DNA from: a virus
Taxonomy: Duplodnaviria > Caudoviricetes
Length of the DNA stretch: 64,000 bases
Direction: 5' to 3' (one strand)
IMG/VR virus record: IMGVR_UViG_3300037067_016725
Location: 32,001-96,000 of that record
Positions within the stretch are counted from its first letter, which is position 1. Every line of letters starts with the position of its first letter. Under the pieces are notes generated by a model. It searched no databases. It was not told where the DNA came from and worked only from the letters and a program-made list of their open reading frames with translations. A program made the position numbers and the translations under genes. Below are positions 17,375 through 26,544 of this stretch, piece after piece.

Positions 17375-18100
17375 ATGGAATACCGTAGTAAACTCGCCGG
17401 ACTTTTCAGGGAAGCTTCCCAGGCTGTGTCGGCTAACACTCACATGGCCTCGGACTTGCTCACGATGGCCTCAGCCTTGGACAAAATGACTGACGAGAAG
17501 TTTGCATCCTTCACAGATGCAAAAGCTCTCAAGGGTATGTTCGAAGGCAAGATGGTTCTCGAAGGCAAGGGACTCCCTGAAGGAGTTTCCTTTGAGAACA
17601 AGAATACTGAAGTGCAGGACAACAAGTCCCAGTGGGATAAGAAAGCTTTCTCCTGGAATGGAAAGGCTGCCTCCATGGTCAAGAGCAAGCTTGCCTCTAC
17701 CTTCAAGAAGGCAGGGGATGTGGGAATTGACACAGGCCGTCCGGATGCTGTTGCCCAGGCAAAGCTCACTCCTGAACAGACTCCTGATGGTTCCCATAAC
17801 CAGGGCACTGTAAAGGGCACCCCCGAAGAGACTCCTGCTGCTTTGACCAAGGAGCAGACTCCCGATCAGAAGGAAGTGCTGACTTCGGACATGGTTGCAA
17901 AGAGTGAAAAGGGTGAGAAGGAAGCTGCAGCCCCTGCAGCCCCTGCAGCTGAACCTACACCCGCTCCTGCTGCTACCCCTGCTCCTGCAGAAGCTCAGGC
18001 TTCTAATGGTGGGTACACTTTTGCGGGTATCGAGATGCAGGCAAGTGAAGGGCTTTCTTCCGTTGCAGATATCGATGCAGATCTGAAGGGTCTGTTTTAA
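17375..18100 (+). CDS. Hydrophilic Ala/Pro-rich protein with many K-x-A motifs (candidate internal head/ejection protein)
   Basis: AAGGAG RBS; LTPEQTPD/LTKEQTPD repeat; AAPAAP linker. Confidence 0.6.
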   Translation: MEYRSKLAGLFREASQAVSANTHMASDLLTMASALDKMTDEKFASFTDAKALKGMFEGKMVLEGKGLPEGVSFENKNTEVQDNKSQWDKKAFSWNGKAASMVKSKLASTFKKAGDVGIDTGRPDAVAQAKLTPEQTPDGSHNQGTVKGTPEETPAALTKEQTPDQKEVLTSDMVAKSEKGEKEAAAPAAPAAEPTPAPAATPAPAEAQASNGGYTFAGIEMQASEGLSSVADIDADLKGLF

Positions 18101-18121
18101 CAATAAGGAAGGGTAAGCTTT

Positions 18122-18772
18122 ATGGCTACATCAACGAAAGGTGCATATGTTAATAGGAGGGGGTATTCTCCGAATACCGTCTCCGAGATCTCGTCAAAAA
18201 CGAAGATCTATGCGAAGGACGCAGATCTAGATGGACTTGTCCAGGTAGGTGTGATTGCTTCGTTCGATCCGAACGAATCCAGGAACATTGAACCCGTCCG
18301 CGGTATTGGTTTCGGAGATCAGGTAGCTGAGCTTATCCCTGGTGTTACCGAACCCATGACCATCAGTGTTGTTAGGACTGCCCAGTACCTATCTTCCATA
18401 TACCAAGTCTTTGGTTATACTGGAGGAGTCAGTGGTCTGGTACGTTCCTTAAAGCATCACAGGTGGCCCTTTGACGTTAAGAAGGAAACAGTATTCTCCG
18501 AAATCGTAAACAGTGATGCAGCCCAGCTGTCCACCGTTGGCGATGAGACTACCCCGATTGACAGTGGCGATGGATATAAGGCGCTGGTAACCTACTATGA
18601 AGGTTGCTGGTTCTCCTCTTGGTCCACCAGCTACTCTTCGGATACCGCCCTTGTTCAAGAAAACTGTGAAATGATGGTATCAGATGTATGGGATGGCACC
18701 AACCAGGTAGCTATCAGCGGCATCCAGGATACCGGTAACAAGCTTACCTCCCAGCGTTTTGGTGGGAAGTAA
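18122..18772 (+). CDS. Tail tube protein (T4 gp19-like)
   Basis: Size, position and motifs VGVIASF..RGIGFG..ELIPG..WPFDV..YYEGCWFSSWS. Confidence 0.85.
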   Translation: MATSTKGAYVNRRGYSPNTVSEISSKTKIYAKDADLDGLVQVGVIASFDPNESRNIEPVRGIGFGDQVAELIPGVTEPMTISVVRTAQYLSSIYQVFGYTGGVSGLVRSLKHHRWPFDVKKETVFSEIVNSDAAQLSTVGDETTPIDSGDGYKALVTYYEGCWFSSWSTSYSSDTALVQENCEMMVSDVWDGTNQVAISGIQDTGNKLTSQRFGGK

Positions 18773-18792
18773 GTAGTTCGATAGATTGAAGG

Positions 18793-18824
18793 AAGCTCCC
18801 CCTGTCTCACACCAGGGGGAGCTT
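18793..18824 (+). terminator. Terminator-like hairpin after tail tube
   Basis: 12-bp stem AAGCTCCCCCTG/CAGGGGGAGCTT; weak U-tract. Confidence 0.65.
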
Positions 18825-18831
18825 ATCAAAT

Positions 18832-18952
18832 AACACACATCCAGATAGAAAATACGCCAAGGCGAACCCCCACTGAAAAGTGAGGCAACATGAATATAAA
18901 ACAACAGAATCTTAGCCTAAGTAAGAAGGCTACCTTCCTATCTATGTGTGTT
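18832..18952 (+). ncRNA. Candidate multibranch structured RNA/leader
   Basis: Closing stem AACACACAT+AGATAG / CTATCT+ATGTGTGTT enclosing three short hairpins. Confidence 0.4.
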
Positions 18953-18990
18953 GCAAAAAGTAAGACAACGTGTAGCATAGGAGATAAAAC

Positions 18991-19572
18991 ATGGGTAGCA
19001 AATACCTGAACCTCATTCAAGAAACCCTAAAAAATACTTCACTTCGTACAGATGTTGTTGTACAGGGTATTACCTTCACACTGACTCCGTCTTCGACAAA
19101 GGATGAGTACATCCTTGCCGAGCACATGGCGTCTCTTTCCCAGAATCAGGATGACATGTTTTCGTCCCTTCAGTCTATCAGGGCAAGGGCTTTGGCCTCT
19201 ATGATCTGCGCCATAAATGGAGAAGAGATTCCTGACATGGTGGTGAGGGATAATGGGACCAGTGTAGAGAGAGTTCTCTACTTGGCAGAGGACATTGTCC
19301 AGTGGCCCTCAGTCATCGTGAACAACCTGTTTACGGTTTCTACGGATTTTAAGAAAAGAGTCCGTGATACCGTAAGAGGCTCCGTTCAATATGAATGGTT
19401 TGGCGTTGACCTTATTGCGGAAGAGATCAAAGAGGAGCTTGAGGCAGAGAAGATGGATAAGCTGGCGGAAGAGGCAGAGAAGGCACAGCTATCTGTCGTT
19501 CCGGACAGCGCCCCTTCTCCGGAGGCCAGCTCTTTCAGTACTCCTGAAGAGCCCACAACTCCTACAGAGTAA
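18991..19572 (+). CDS. Putative tail assembly chaperone
   Basis: Acidic protein between tube and tape measure; AGGAG RBS. Confidence 0.6.
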   Translation: MGSKYLNLIQETLKNTSLRTDVVVQGITFTLTPSSTKDEYILAEHMASLSQNQDDMFSSLQSIRARALASMICAINGEEIPDMVVRDNGTSVERVLYLAEDIVQWPSVIVNNLFTVSTDFKKRVRDTVRGSVQYEWFGVDLIAEEIKEELEAEKMDKLAEEAEKAQLSVVPDSAPSPEASSFSTPEEPTTPTE

Positions 19573-19584
19573 TGAGGCTTCCCC

Positions 19585-20646
19585 TTGGATGTGGATAAGG
19601 CATATACGGTACTACAGAGGGTAGTGGAGACAGGGTACGACATGGCCGGAGTATCTGTTTTAGGTATTCCCATTGTACTTAAGACCATAACCCCTCTGGA
19701 AATATCCTTGGCACGACAGCACTCCTTTGGAGGGGAGCTGAAAGTGTTCAGACTGTATCTATTGGCTTACCACACCTTGATGATAAAGGGCAAAACTTGC
19801 ATAGAAGAGCGTCCTAGATCCATAGAGGACCTGGTGGACTTCTACAAGTCCCTTCCCAAGGAAATTCTAGAGCTGGTTGAAGAGACTGCATATCAGTTAC
19901 AACAAAGATACCGTAGATATATGCGTCTGATAGAGGGGTTCACTTTATCAGACAGTTCTCGTACCCTATGGAAGCTCCGCAAAGGTAATGCCTGCATAAA
20001 CGAGGAGACGACTGGAATCCCTGGGTCCACCTACCTTGGCGTATCCGAATGCACCCTGGCCTGGTCTGTAGTAAATACCTCCCTAGATCAGAATGAAGAG
20101 TATGAGAGAGGGATGGAGGAAGCAATGTTTATTGCTTCTGCCTCAAACCCTAAGGGTGTGGACAAGATAAGCAAGAGCATGGAAGTCTCCAAAAAAGAGG
20201 CCCAGGAAAGAAAGAAAATCCTAATAAAGTACGGGAGCATTATACATAAGGATCTTATAGAGGGTAACGAGATAGTCAAGAAAGAAAAGTGGGCTGCCTC
20301 TGTTACAACCAGTGAAGACCTTGTGAAAGAGCTTAATCGCCAGATGAAAGGGGAAAAGGATAGGCATGATCTCTTTATGGAGTCCTATCTCGAAAGGATA
20401 AGGAAGGCTGCTGAAGAAGAACAGCGAAAGGCAGAAGAGAAACTTCATGAGATTCGAGAGAATCGAAAACTGGTACCTATTCCAACGGGGAGCTTTGAGC
20501 TCACCCCAGAAGACAGGGAAAGGATGAAGAACAGGGAAGTGGCCGCGTTCGATCTGGCTACCCAAAAAAGGGATAACTCCCTAAATGGGGGAAGCCAGAG
20601 GGTTTCTACAGTAGGAAAGAGAGTGCTAAGGGCAGGTAGGAGATAG
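19585..20646 (+). CDS. Putative second tail assembly chaperone (TTG start)
   Basis: Position just before tape measure; charged helical C-terminus; GAGG upstream. Confidence 0.55.
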   Translation: MDVDKAYTVLQRVVETGYDMAGVSVLGIPIVLKTITPLEISLARQHSFGGELKVFRLYLLAYHTLMIKGKTCIEERPRSIEDLVDFYKSLPKEILELVEETAYQLQQRYRRYMRLIEGFTLSDSSRTLWKLRKGNACINEETTGIPGSTYLGVSECTLAWSVVNTSLDQNEEYERGMEEAMFIASASNPKGVDKISKSMEVSKKEAQERKKILIKYGSIIHKDLIEGNEIVKKEKWAASVTTSEDLVKELNRQMKGEKDRHDLFMESYLERIRKAAEEEQRKAEEKLHEIRENRKLVPIPTGSFELTPEDRERMKNREVAAFDLATQKRDNSLNGGSQRVSTVGKRVLRAGRR

Positions 20647-20648
20647 GT

Positions 20649-23600
20649 ATGAGTGACGGGATACTAAACAGTGCTAACATCGAAGAAGCCAATAGGGGTA
20701 CTGCTACACTAGCCAGTAACCTTAATAGTGCTGCAGCAGCCCAGGCCAAGCTTACCTCCGAAGAAGAAAAGCAGTTAAAGGTAATACGGGAAGCCCTAAA
20801 AGATAAGAGATCTCTGACTCAAGAGGAAGAGAAGTACCATGACAGTGTCAAGAAGACTCTTTCAGCAGAGAGAAAGAGGGCGGACTATGTAGAGAGAACC
20901 AACAGGAGGATGGAGAGGTTCCTTAAGGAAGCTCCAGAGCTCGTTGGTGATCTAGACAAGAGCTTTGCTCTTGCAGGAAACAAGCTTGAGAAGTCTGTAA
21001 ATGCTGAATTGGAAAAGATGCTAAAGGACTTGGACAAAGCCCTTGAGTTAGGTACTGAGATAAAAAAAGTTGACCTGTTCAATATCGACGATCTGAAGAA
21101 AGCACAAAAGGTCATCAAGGGAATAAACGATGATCTAAGCAAGTTTGACGATAGAACCTTTGGGAAAGGGATGCTGAAGAGATCAGCCCAGATGAAGGGT
21201 GTTCTGGGGGGAGTTAGGTCTGGTTGGAAGGACAGAACCGGAAATGGCTGGAGAGAATCCGGAGAGTACCTTAAGAAAATGGGAGCCAACAGGATTGCAG
21301 CAAAGGGAGGGTCCTCCATAGCCGGCTCCGCTGCATCCATGATGGGTGGGGCGATGGCAGGTGCTGCCAAGTTTGTTCCTGTAGCTGGTGCCGTGGTGTC
21401 CGCGGTATCCGCAATAAACGATGCCATAAATGCTGCAGATAGAATAGCTAAGGGTGCTCACAAAGATTACAAAGCCTTGGCAGGCCCCATATTTCAAGGT
21501 GGAAAGTTTGAAGGGGATTCTCGTAGGTATAACAAGGAGATTCGCAATGTAAGCAGGAATCTAGACCTTGGTGTAGACTATGAAGAATGGAATGCCATGT
21601 TTGAATCTATGAAAGGAGCAGGCATGACACTTCAGGGGGTTGAAAAGAACTTTGGTTCCTTTGGCGACACCATGGAGTCTGTGCAGCAGACAAGCGTTAT
21701 GTTGGGAACTAGCCTTGAGGTAACTGGGGACTACTTTGCCAAGCAATCACAGATGACAAGGTCTGGCCTAAAGACCATGGAAAAAGGATTTTTGGAAGTA
21801 GCCAGGGGTGCTAAAGTAGCGGGCATGGAAACCAATAAGTTTTATGATTATGTCTTACAGACTACAAACGCGATGGCGCTTTATGGGGACTACACTGCTG
21901 CCGCTGCCGTAGCCGTTAAAAAGGGAGCATCGAATGCTACAACCAGCCAGGAGAAGGGAGCACAGGCTGCCACGGATATAGCTTCCTGGTTAGGTAAGAT
22001 GGATAACTCTACGGCCATGAACATTGGTGCCTTTGTGAATAAGAGTGGTGCCAACGCCAACGACATTGCAGACAACCTGGCCAGTAAATTTGCTGAAAAG
22101 ATGGCTTCTCTACAGGAGGGTTCCCAAGAGTGGCTTAAATATTCTAATCTAAAGAAGGATGTGGAATCGGTTAAAGCTTCCACAGGAAATAACGCTTTGA
22201 AACTGGGCATGCTCGCTAGAATGTCTAGCACAGAGGTAGGTCCCTCTATGCTTATTCAGGCGGTTAAGCAGCTAACCGGTGCAGGAAACAAAGACCTGCT
22301 GAGCATGATGAGAAGTGGGAACACTGGGATGATGCTGCAGAAGGTAGAAGCCCTGGGACTTCCTAGGGAAATAATGGACCAGCTTACCCAGATGATGAAG
22401 GGTGCAGGTACTTCCGGTGATGTCTTTGCAAAGCATCTACAGCCCCTCTTTGACAAGATCCTTAAAATAGAGGATGAGGGGGAAAGGAAGAAGCAGATAC
22501 AGGAGCTTCAGAATATAGCAGATATCCTTAAAAAGGGGGAAGCTGCAAGTACCGAACAGATGGATATAGCTGCTGCCTTCATGTCAAAACAGGGGATTTC
22601 TAGGGAATTCTTCATGAACGAAGCGGTTAAGGATGCTATGACCATAGGAGAAACCCTTGATGCAAGCTTGGGTAACCTTCGAAAGGGAAAACCTACGGGG
22701 TTTAGCGTAGGGGCATTTGCTGAAAAGTCCGTAGCTAACCTGGCTGTGGAGAGCAGAGGATTCCTTCCCGCTTCGTTAAAGCCCGCAGATCAGAAGTCTG
22801 TGAATAAGCTCACAACTCCTTTGGAGAAGCTAACCAAGATAACAATGGACTCCATTAAGTTTGATGCTTCTGATAGCCAGCTGGCAAAGGTAGGGATAGC
22901 CATATCTGCATCTATTAGAGATGGTGTTGGTAATATCTATGACTGGTTAATGCACAAAGACGATATGAAGCCTAAGAAGGAAGCAGAAGCTTTCTTGAAG
23001 AGCGAAAAGATGACTGTCATAGGGCAAAGTACTCGAGCTCTCAACAGTATTGTAGAGGGTCAGGATGCCCTAGTTAAGAGACTCAACGCCATAGATGACC
23101 CTACAAAGAAAAAAGAAGAGATGGAAAAGGCTCATCGTAGAAATGAAGAGGCTTTCAAAACTGCTGTTGATGCTATCATTCAGAACACTGAAGGAAAGGA
23201 TAAGGAAAGACTATCTCAGTACAAGTCAGAAGCTCTGAAAAAAGGAGGACCTGTAGCGGATATGGTGAGCTACTTCCTCGATAAAGCCCGTACAACAGAA
23301 AGCTGGAAATCCATGCAGGCTAAGACTAAGGGGACCCTGGAAGTCTTAAAAAATCAGAAAGGTGGAGACTTCTCGGAGAGCACCCTACTACAGATAGCTG
23401 ACTTAGAACAGACAGCTAAAGATCTTTATGATCTTCAGACGGGTTCCAAGTATAAGGACCCCATGCAGGATCGCAGTAACTGGGAGTTTCAGCCTCCTCC
23501 TGGTATGGTTTCGGATAATGGCACTCCTAAACTTCCCGCGGACTTTGGTAAAAACATTCCTGCAAATATGAAGTTGCTCCCACTAGGTAACTCCCCTACA

Positions 23601-23723
23601 AACACTTCCACTGCAGGTGGGAAGAACCCCATTAATATCACTGTAGTCGAAGACAACTCAAAGGAAGGTAAGGGTACCTGGAGTGCCTCCACCAACACAA
23701 ACCTTTACCCTTCCACTCCCTAA
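20649..23723 (+). CDS. Tape measure protein (1024 aa)
   Basis: Long helical A/K/M/G-rich protein with a hydrophobic segment, after chaperones and before baseplate genes. Confidence 0.8.
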   Translation: MSDGILNSANIEEANRGTATLASNLNSAAAAQAKLTSEEEKQLKVIREALKDKRSLTQEEEKYHDSVKKTLSAERKRADYVERTNRRMERFLKEAPELVGDLDKSFALAGNKLEKSVNAELEKMLKDLDKALELGTEIKKVDLFNIDDLKKAQKVIKGINDDLSKFDDRTFGKGMLKRSAQMKGVLGGVRSGWKDRTGNGWRESGEYLKKMGANRIAAKGGSSIAGSAASMMGGAMAGAAKFVPVAGAVVSAVSAINDAINAADRIAKGAHKDYKALAGPIFQGGKFEGDSRRYNKEIRNVSRNLDLGVDYEEWNAMFESMKGAGMTLQGVEKNFGSFGDTMESVQQTSVMLGTSLEVTGDYFAKQSQMTRSGLKTMEKGFLEVARGAKVAGMETNKFYDYVLQTTNAMALYGDYTAAAAVAVKKGASNATTSQEKGAQAATDIASWLGKMDNSTAMNIGAFVNKSGANANDIADNLASKFAEKMASLQEGSQEWLKYSNLKKDVESVKASTGNNALKLGMLARMSSTEVGPSMLIQAVKQLTGAGNKDLLSMMRSGNTGMMLQKVEALGLPREIMDQLTQMMKGAGTSGDVFAKHLQPLFDKILKIEDEGERKKQIQELQNIADILKKGEAASTEQMDIAAAFMSKQGISREFFMNEAVKDAMTIGETLDASLGNLRKGKPTGFSVGAFAEKSVANLAVESRGFLPASLKPADQKSVNKLTTPLEKLTKITMDSIKFDASDSQLAKVGIAISASIRDGVGNIYDWLMHKDDMKPKKEAEAFLKSEKMTVIGQSTRALNSIVEGQDALVKRLNAIDDPTKKKEEMEKAHRRNEEAFKTAVDAIIQNTEGKDKERLSQYKSEALKKGGPVADMVSYFLDKARTTESWKSMQAKTKGTLEVLKNQKGGDFSESTLLQIADLEQTAKDLYDLQTGSKYKDPMQDRSNWEFQPPPGMVSDNGTPKLPADFGKNIPANMKLLPLGNSPTNTSTAGGKNPINITVVEDNSKEGKGTWSASTNTNLYPSTP

Positions 23724-23740
23724 TGAGAAACTGGTGACCT

Positions 23741-24955
23741 ATGGATTTTTATACTGATGCAGCACAGACACAGCAAGCAAGTGAGGCCAATCCCTTTCTC
23801 AGAGGGGACCTTGTTTATGAGGCTTTGGGCAAGATAGCCAAGGATAGGGAGTACCTGATTACTGTAGATGAATTTCTAGGTTCCTTCTATAACTCGTTGA
23901 TTGATATTTCCGAGACGGACACCACCTCCTTGTGTGTAGACAAGCAGGCCCTTATCACTCTGTTACAGCCTGGGGATAGTGCTCCTTACCTTCACATCTC
24001 ATTTATTCCAAGGATAATGGATCTTACCTCCACTACCCCTCCGGTATCGAAGGTTCCGGTGTCTTGGTCCGCCTCAATGAAGGAGCAGGTTAGCATCGCA
24101 TGGCTTAAGACATACTCCCATGCGATCTTCATACCCTACAATGATCTTGTTGCATACACAACACAAACTCCCGGATTTTCTAAACAGGATGCTATTGATA
24201 TCCTGAACAGCATTTCTGTAGGGAACGATAGAAGGGAATCAGGAAAGGCAAGCACCCTGGTACTTAACCCTGTAGAGATTAAATCCTCTACAGAAGTCAA
24301 TGACTTTACTGAGCCAGGGCTTACCCAATATACAATGCTACAGAAAAGGCCTCCTGGGGATTTTTTCAAGGTTGAGCTTATAGCCCCTTCTGGAACTCCC
24401 GGAGGAATAGAACGACATAATATTGCTACGGCAACAGGAGAGGAAGTAACCTCCCTAATTCTGAATATGTCCCCAAACTCGTTAGTAGTAAACTCTGCTA
24501 AAAAAGTGAATAGGGTTCAATCCTTTACCCGATGGGTGGAAGAGCACTGGGGAGATGAAATAGATCAGATTTCCTTTTCAGGAAATACCTTTGCCTTCAT
24601 CACTGAGGATTATGGGTTGGCGGTTGTAAATAGGGACACGTCTAGTCCCTACAAAGAATTACAACATCTTGTAAATATATATCTGCTTAATGGGGCCGTT
24701 TACCATAAGGAAGAGGACAGCACCCAGGACAGGCGTATGTTCTGGGATTATACCTCTGTGGGTAAAGCCAGTATGACCATAAATAGGCACCCCAGGGCAG
24801 GTCTTATCAGTATGAGGTTGTACATAAAACTGAGTTGTGACTTTGCCCAGTTTGTAGGGTACTTCGAATCCTTTGACATAACAGAGGATGCCGTAAATCC
24901 GTATAGAATGGCATACACTGTATCCTTCAAATCTGAGTACACTAAGTGGTTGTGA
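23741..24955 (+). CDS. Baseplate/tail tube initiator-like protein
   Basis: LNMSPNSL...WVEEHWGDEIDQISFSG...FVGYFESFDITEDAVNPY pattern. Confidence 0.65.
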   Translation: MDFYTDAAQTQQASEANPFLRGDLVYEALGKIAKDREYLITVDEFLGSFYNSLIDISETDTTSLCVDKQALITLLQPGDSAPYLHISFIPRIMDLTSTTPPVSKVPVSWSASMKEQVSIAWLKTYSHAIFIPYNDLVAYTTQTPGFSKQDAIDILNSISVGNDRRESGKASTLVLNPVEIKSSTEVNDFTEPGLTQYTMLQKRPPGDFFKVELIAPSGTPGGIERHNIATATGEEVTSLILNMSPNSLVVNSAKKVNRVQSFTRWVEEHWGDEIDQISFSGNTFAFITEDYGLAVVNRDTSSPYKELQHLVNIYLLNGAVYHKEEDSTQDRRMFWDYTSVGKASMTINRHPRAGLISMRLYIKLSCDFAQFVGYFESFDITEDAVNPYRMAYTVSFKSEYTKWL

Positions 24956-24956
24956 T

Positions 24957-26537
24957 ATGAACGAGAATGATTTAACATATGTATTTGGAAGGAAGCTGAA
25001 GGATGCAGGGGACACTGTTCTTCCTGATTCTGCTTTACCGACAATCGGAAATGGGATAGACACATATTCTCTCTCTATTAAAACACATACTGACGTTACC
25101 TCGGTTTTATCGGGTTTCAAAAAGGAGGGGTACCTTCCCTTCCTGATATCTCAGATAGACTCTAACAGAATAGCTAGCTCCTGGAAACTAGGGTTACTTG
25201 TAAATCCTTCTGATATAAATTTTGGTTCTTCACAAAATGTGGATACCAAGTTTGGACGCAATTCCCATATAGTGACATTGTGGGGTGCAAGCCAGTTAAC
25301 CATTACTGGAAACGGATCTTCTGCAGCCTTTTTTGACCCTGACACGGGTTTGGCGGACGTATTCACTCGAAAGACTACTAAGGCTTATGCCAATCTAATG
25401 TCCTTTGTTCAGACAATGCGGAACAATGGGTATTATGCTCTATCCACCACTAAAATGGTGGAGGTGCGTAGGGAGAGCTCTTTCCAAGAGGGAGACAATA
25501 GTGCAACGGGGGAAGATGCTGCTCAAAAAGAGAAGAATAGTCAGAATGTGTCTTCTGTAGAAAACACGGGAAACCCCTTGTCCTCCTCTAAAGATGGGGA
25601 ATCATACATTACCCCTATTGTGGGAGGAAACAATAACAGAGTCATTCATGTTATGGACAACATGTCCATTTCTTATGGAGGCACTTCCTACTTAGGGTCC
25701 TTTGCATCTTTCTCTATAGAAGCTTCGGGGGATTCCCCCTATTCATTAAAGTATTCCTTTGTTTTCATAGTGTCTGGTCTTGACGGGGATACCGTAGATG
25801 GCCATATCAATGATGGAAATAATAAGGACACAGGGATAGTTGTAGGGAAGCAGGGGACTAACTTTATATATTCCCTTGGTATAAGTAAGGACTTCCTGGG
25901 AAAGGCCTCGGGAATGGCCAGCTATCTCATAAACACAGCAGATACCCAACTCTCCGGTAAATACTATTTGCCAACACCAACCAGTTATGGGGCCCTGGCA
26001 ATCCCCCCAGAGTGGGAAGCTGTTGTTAAAAGTGCTGCACAGGCTAATGGAATCCTTCCCTCTTATGTAGCAACGGTTATTTGTAACGAGTCTGGTTGGA
26101 ATCCTAAGGCAAAAGGTCCTGCAGTGACGGGGTCCACTACTGCCAGCAACAATGGTAGACATGCTTTGGGCCTAGGACAGTTTATGCCAGCCACAGCAGA
26201 GGATCAGCATCTTGCAGGAGCAATCGCCAACACTACCGATGACCCTAACAATACTCGGGATCAGAGGCTAGACCCGGTAAAAGCAATAAATGCTGTAGCC
26301 CGATACTTGGCCCAGCTTCTAAGGGGGCAGGGAAATGTGATTGAGCTGGGGGTAGCAGCATACAACGCGGGTCCGGGTACCGTGAACAATGCAGTAGCAA
26401 AATGTGGGGGAGATCGTGAAAATCCAAATGTGATTTCTCTTCTTCCTAGACAGGAAACAAAAGACTATGTTGCTAGGTTTTTAGCCAGGCAAAAAGGCTA
26501 TTCTTATTTAGATTCAACCGGTGTACTTCAGGAATAA
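24957..26537 (+). CDS. Tube initiator-like domain fused to C-terminal lytic transglycosylase (SLT)
   Basis: N-part LLVNPSDI...YLGSFASFSI..DSPY parallels the previous gene; SLT motifs NESGWNP, GLGQFMPATA, AAYNAGPG, ETKDYV. Confidence 0.85.
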   Translation: MNENDLTYVFGRKLKDAGDTVLPDSALPTIGNGIDTYSLSIKTHTDVTSVLSGFKKEGYLPFLISQIDSNRIASSWKLGLLVNPSDINFGSSQNVDTKFGRNSHIVTLWGASQLTITGNGSSAAFFDPDTGLADVFTRKTTKAYANLMSFVQTMRNNGYYALSTTKMVEVRRESSFQEGDNSATGEDAAQKEKNSQNVSSVENTGNPLSSSKDGESYITPIVGGNNNRVIHVMDNMSISYGGTSYLGSFASFSIEASGDSPYSLKYSFVFIVSGLDGDTVDGHINDGNNKDTGIVVGKQGTNFIYSLGISKDFLGKASGMASYLINTADTQLSGKYYLPTPTSYGALAIPPEWEAVVKSAAQANGILPSYVATVICNESGWNPKAKGPAVTGSTTASNNGRHALGLGQFMPATAEDQHLAGAIANTTDDPNNTRDQRLDPVKAINAVARYLAQLLRGQGNVIELGVAAYNAGPGTVNNAVAKCGGDRENPNVISLLPRQETKDYVARFLARQKGYSYLDSTGVLQE

Positions 26538-26544
26538 CAGAACC

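Noticed and set aside
19560-19600. Programmed frameshift between tail chaperones (lambda G/GT type)
   Set aside because: The ORFs are in the same frame separated by TAA TGA; no slippery heptamer was seen, and the second has its own RBS and TTG start
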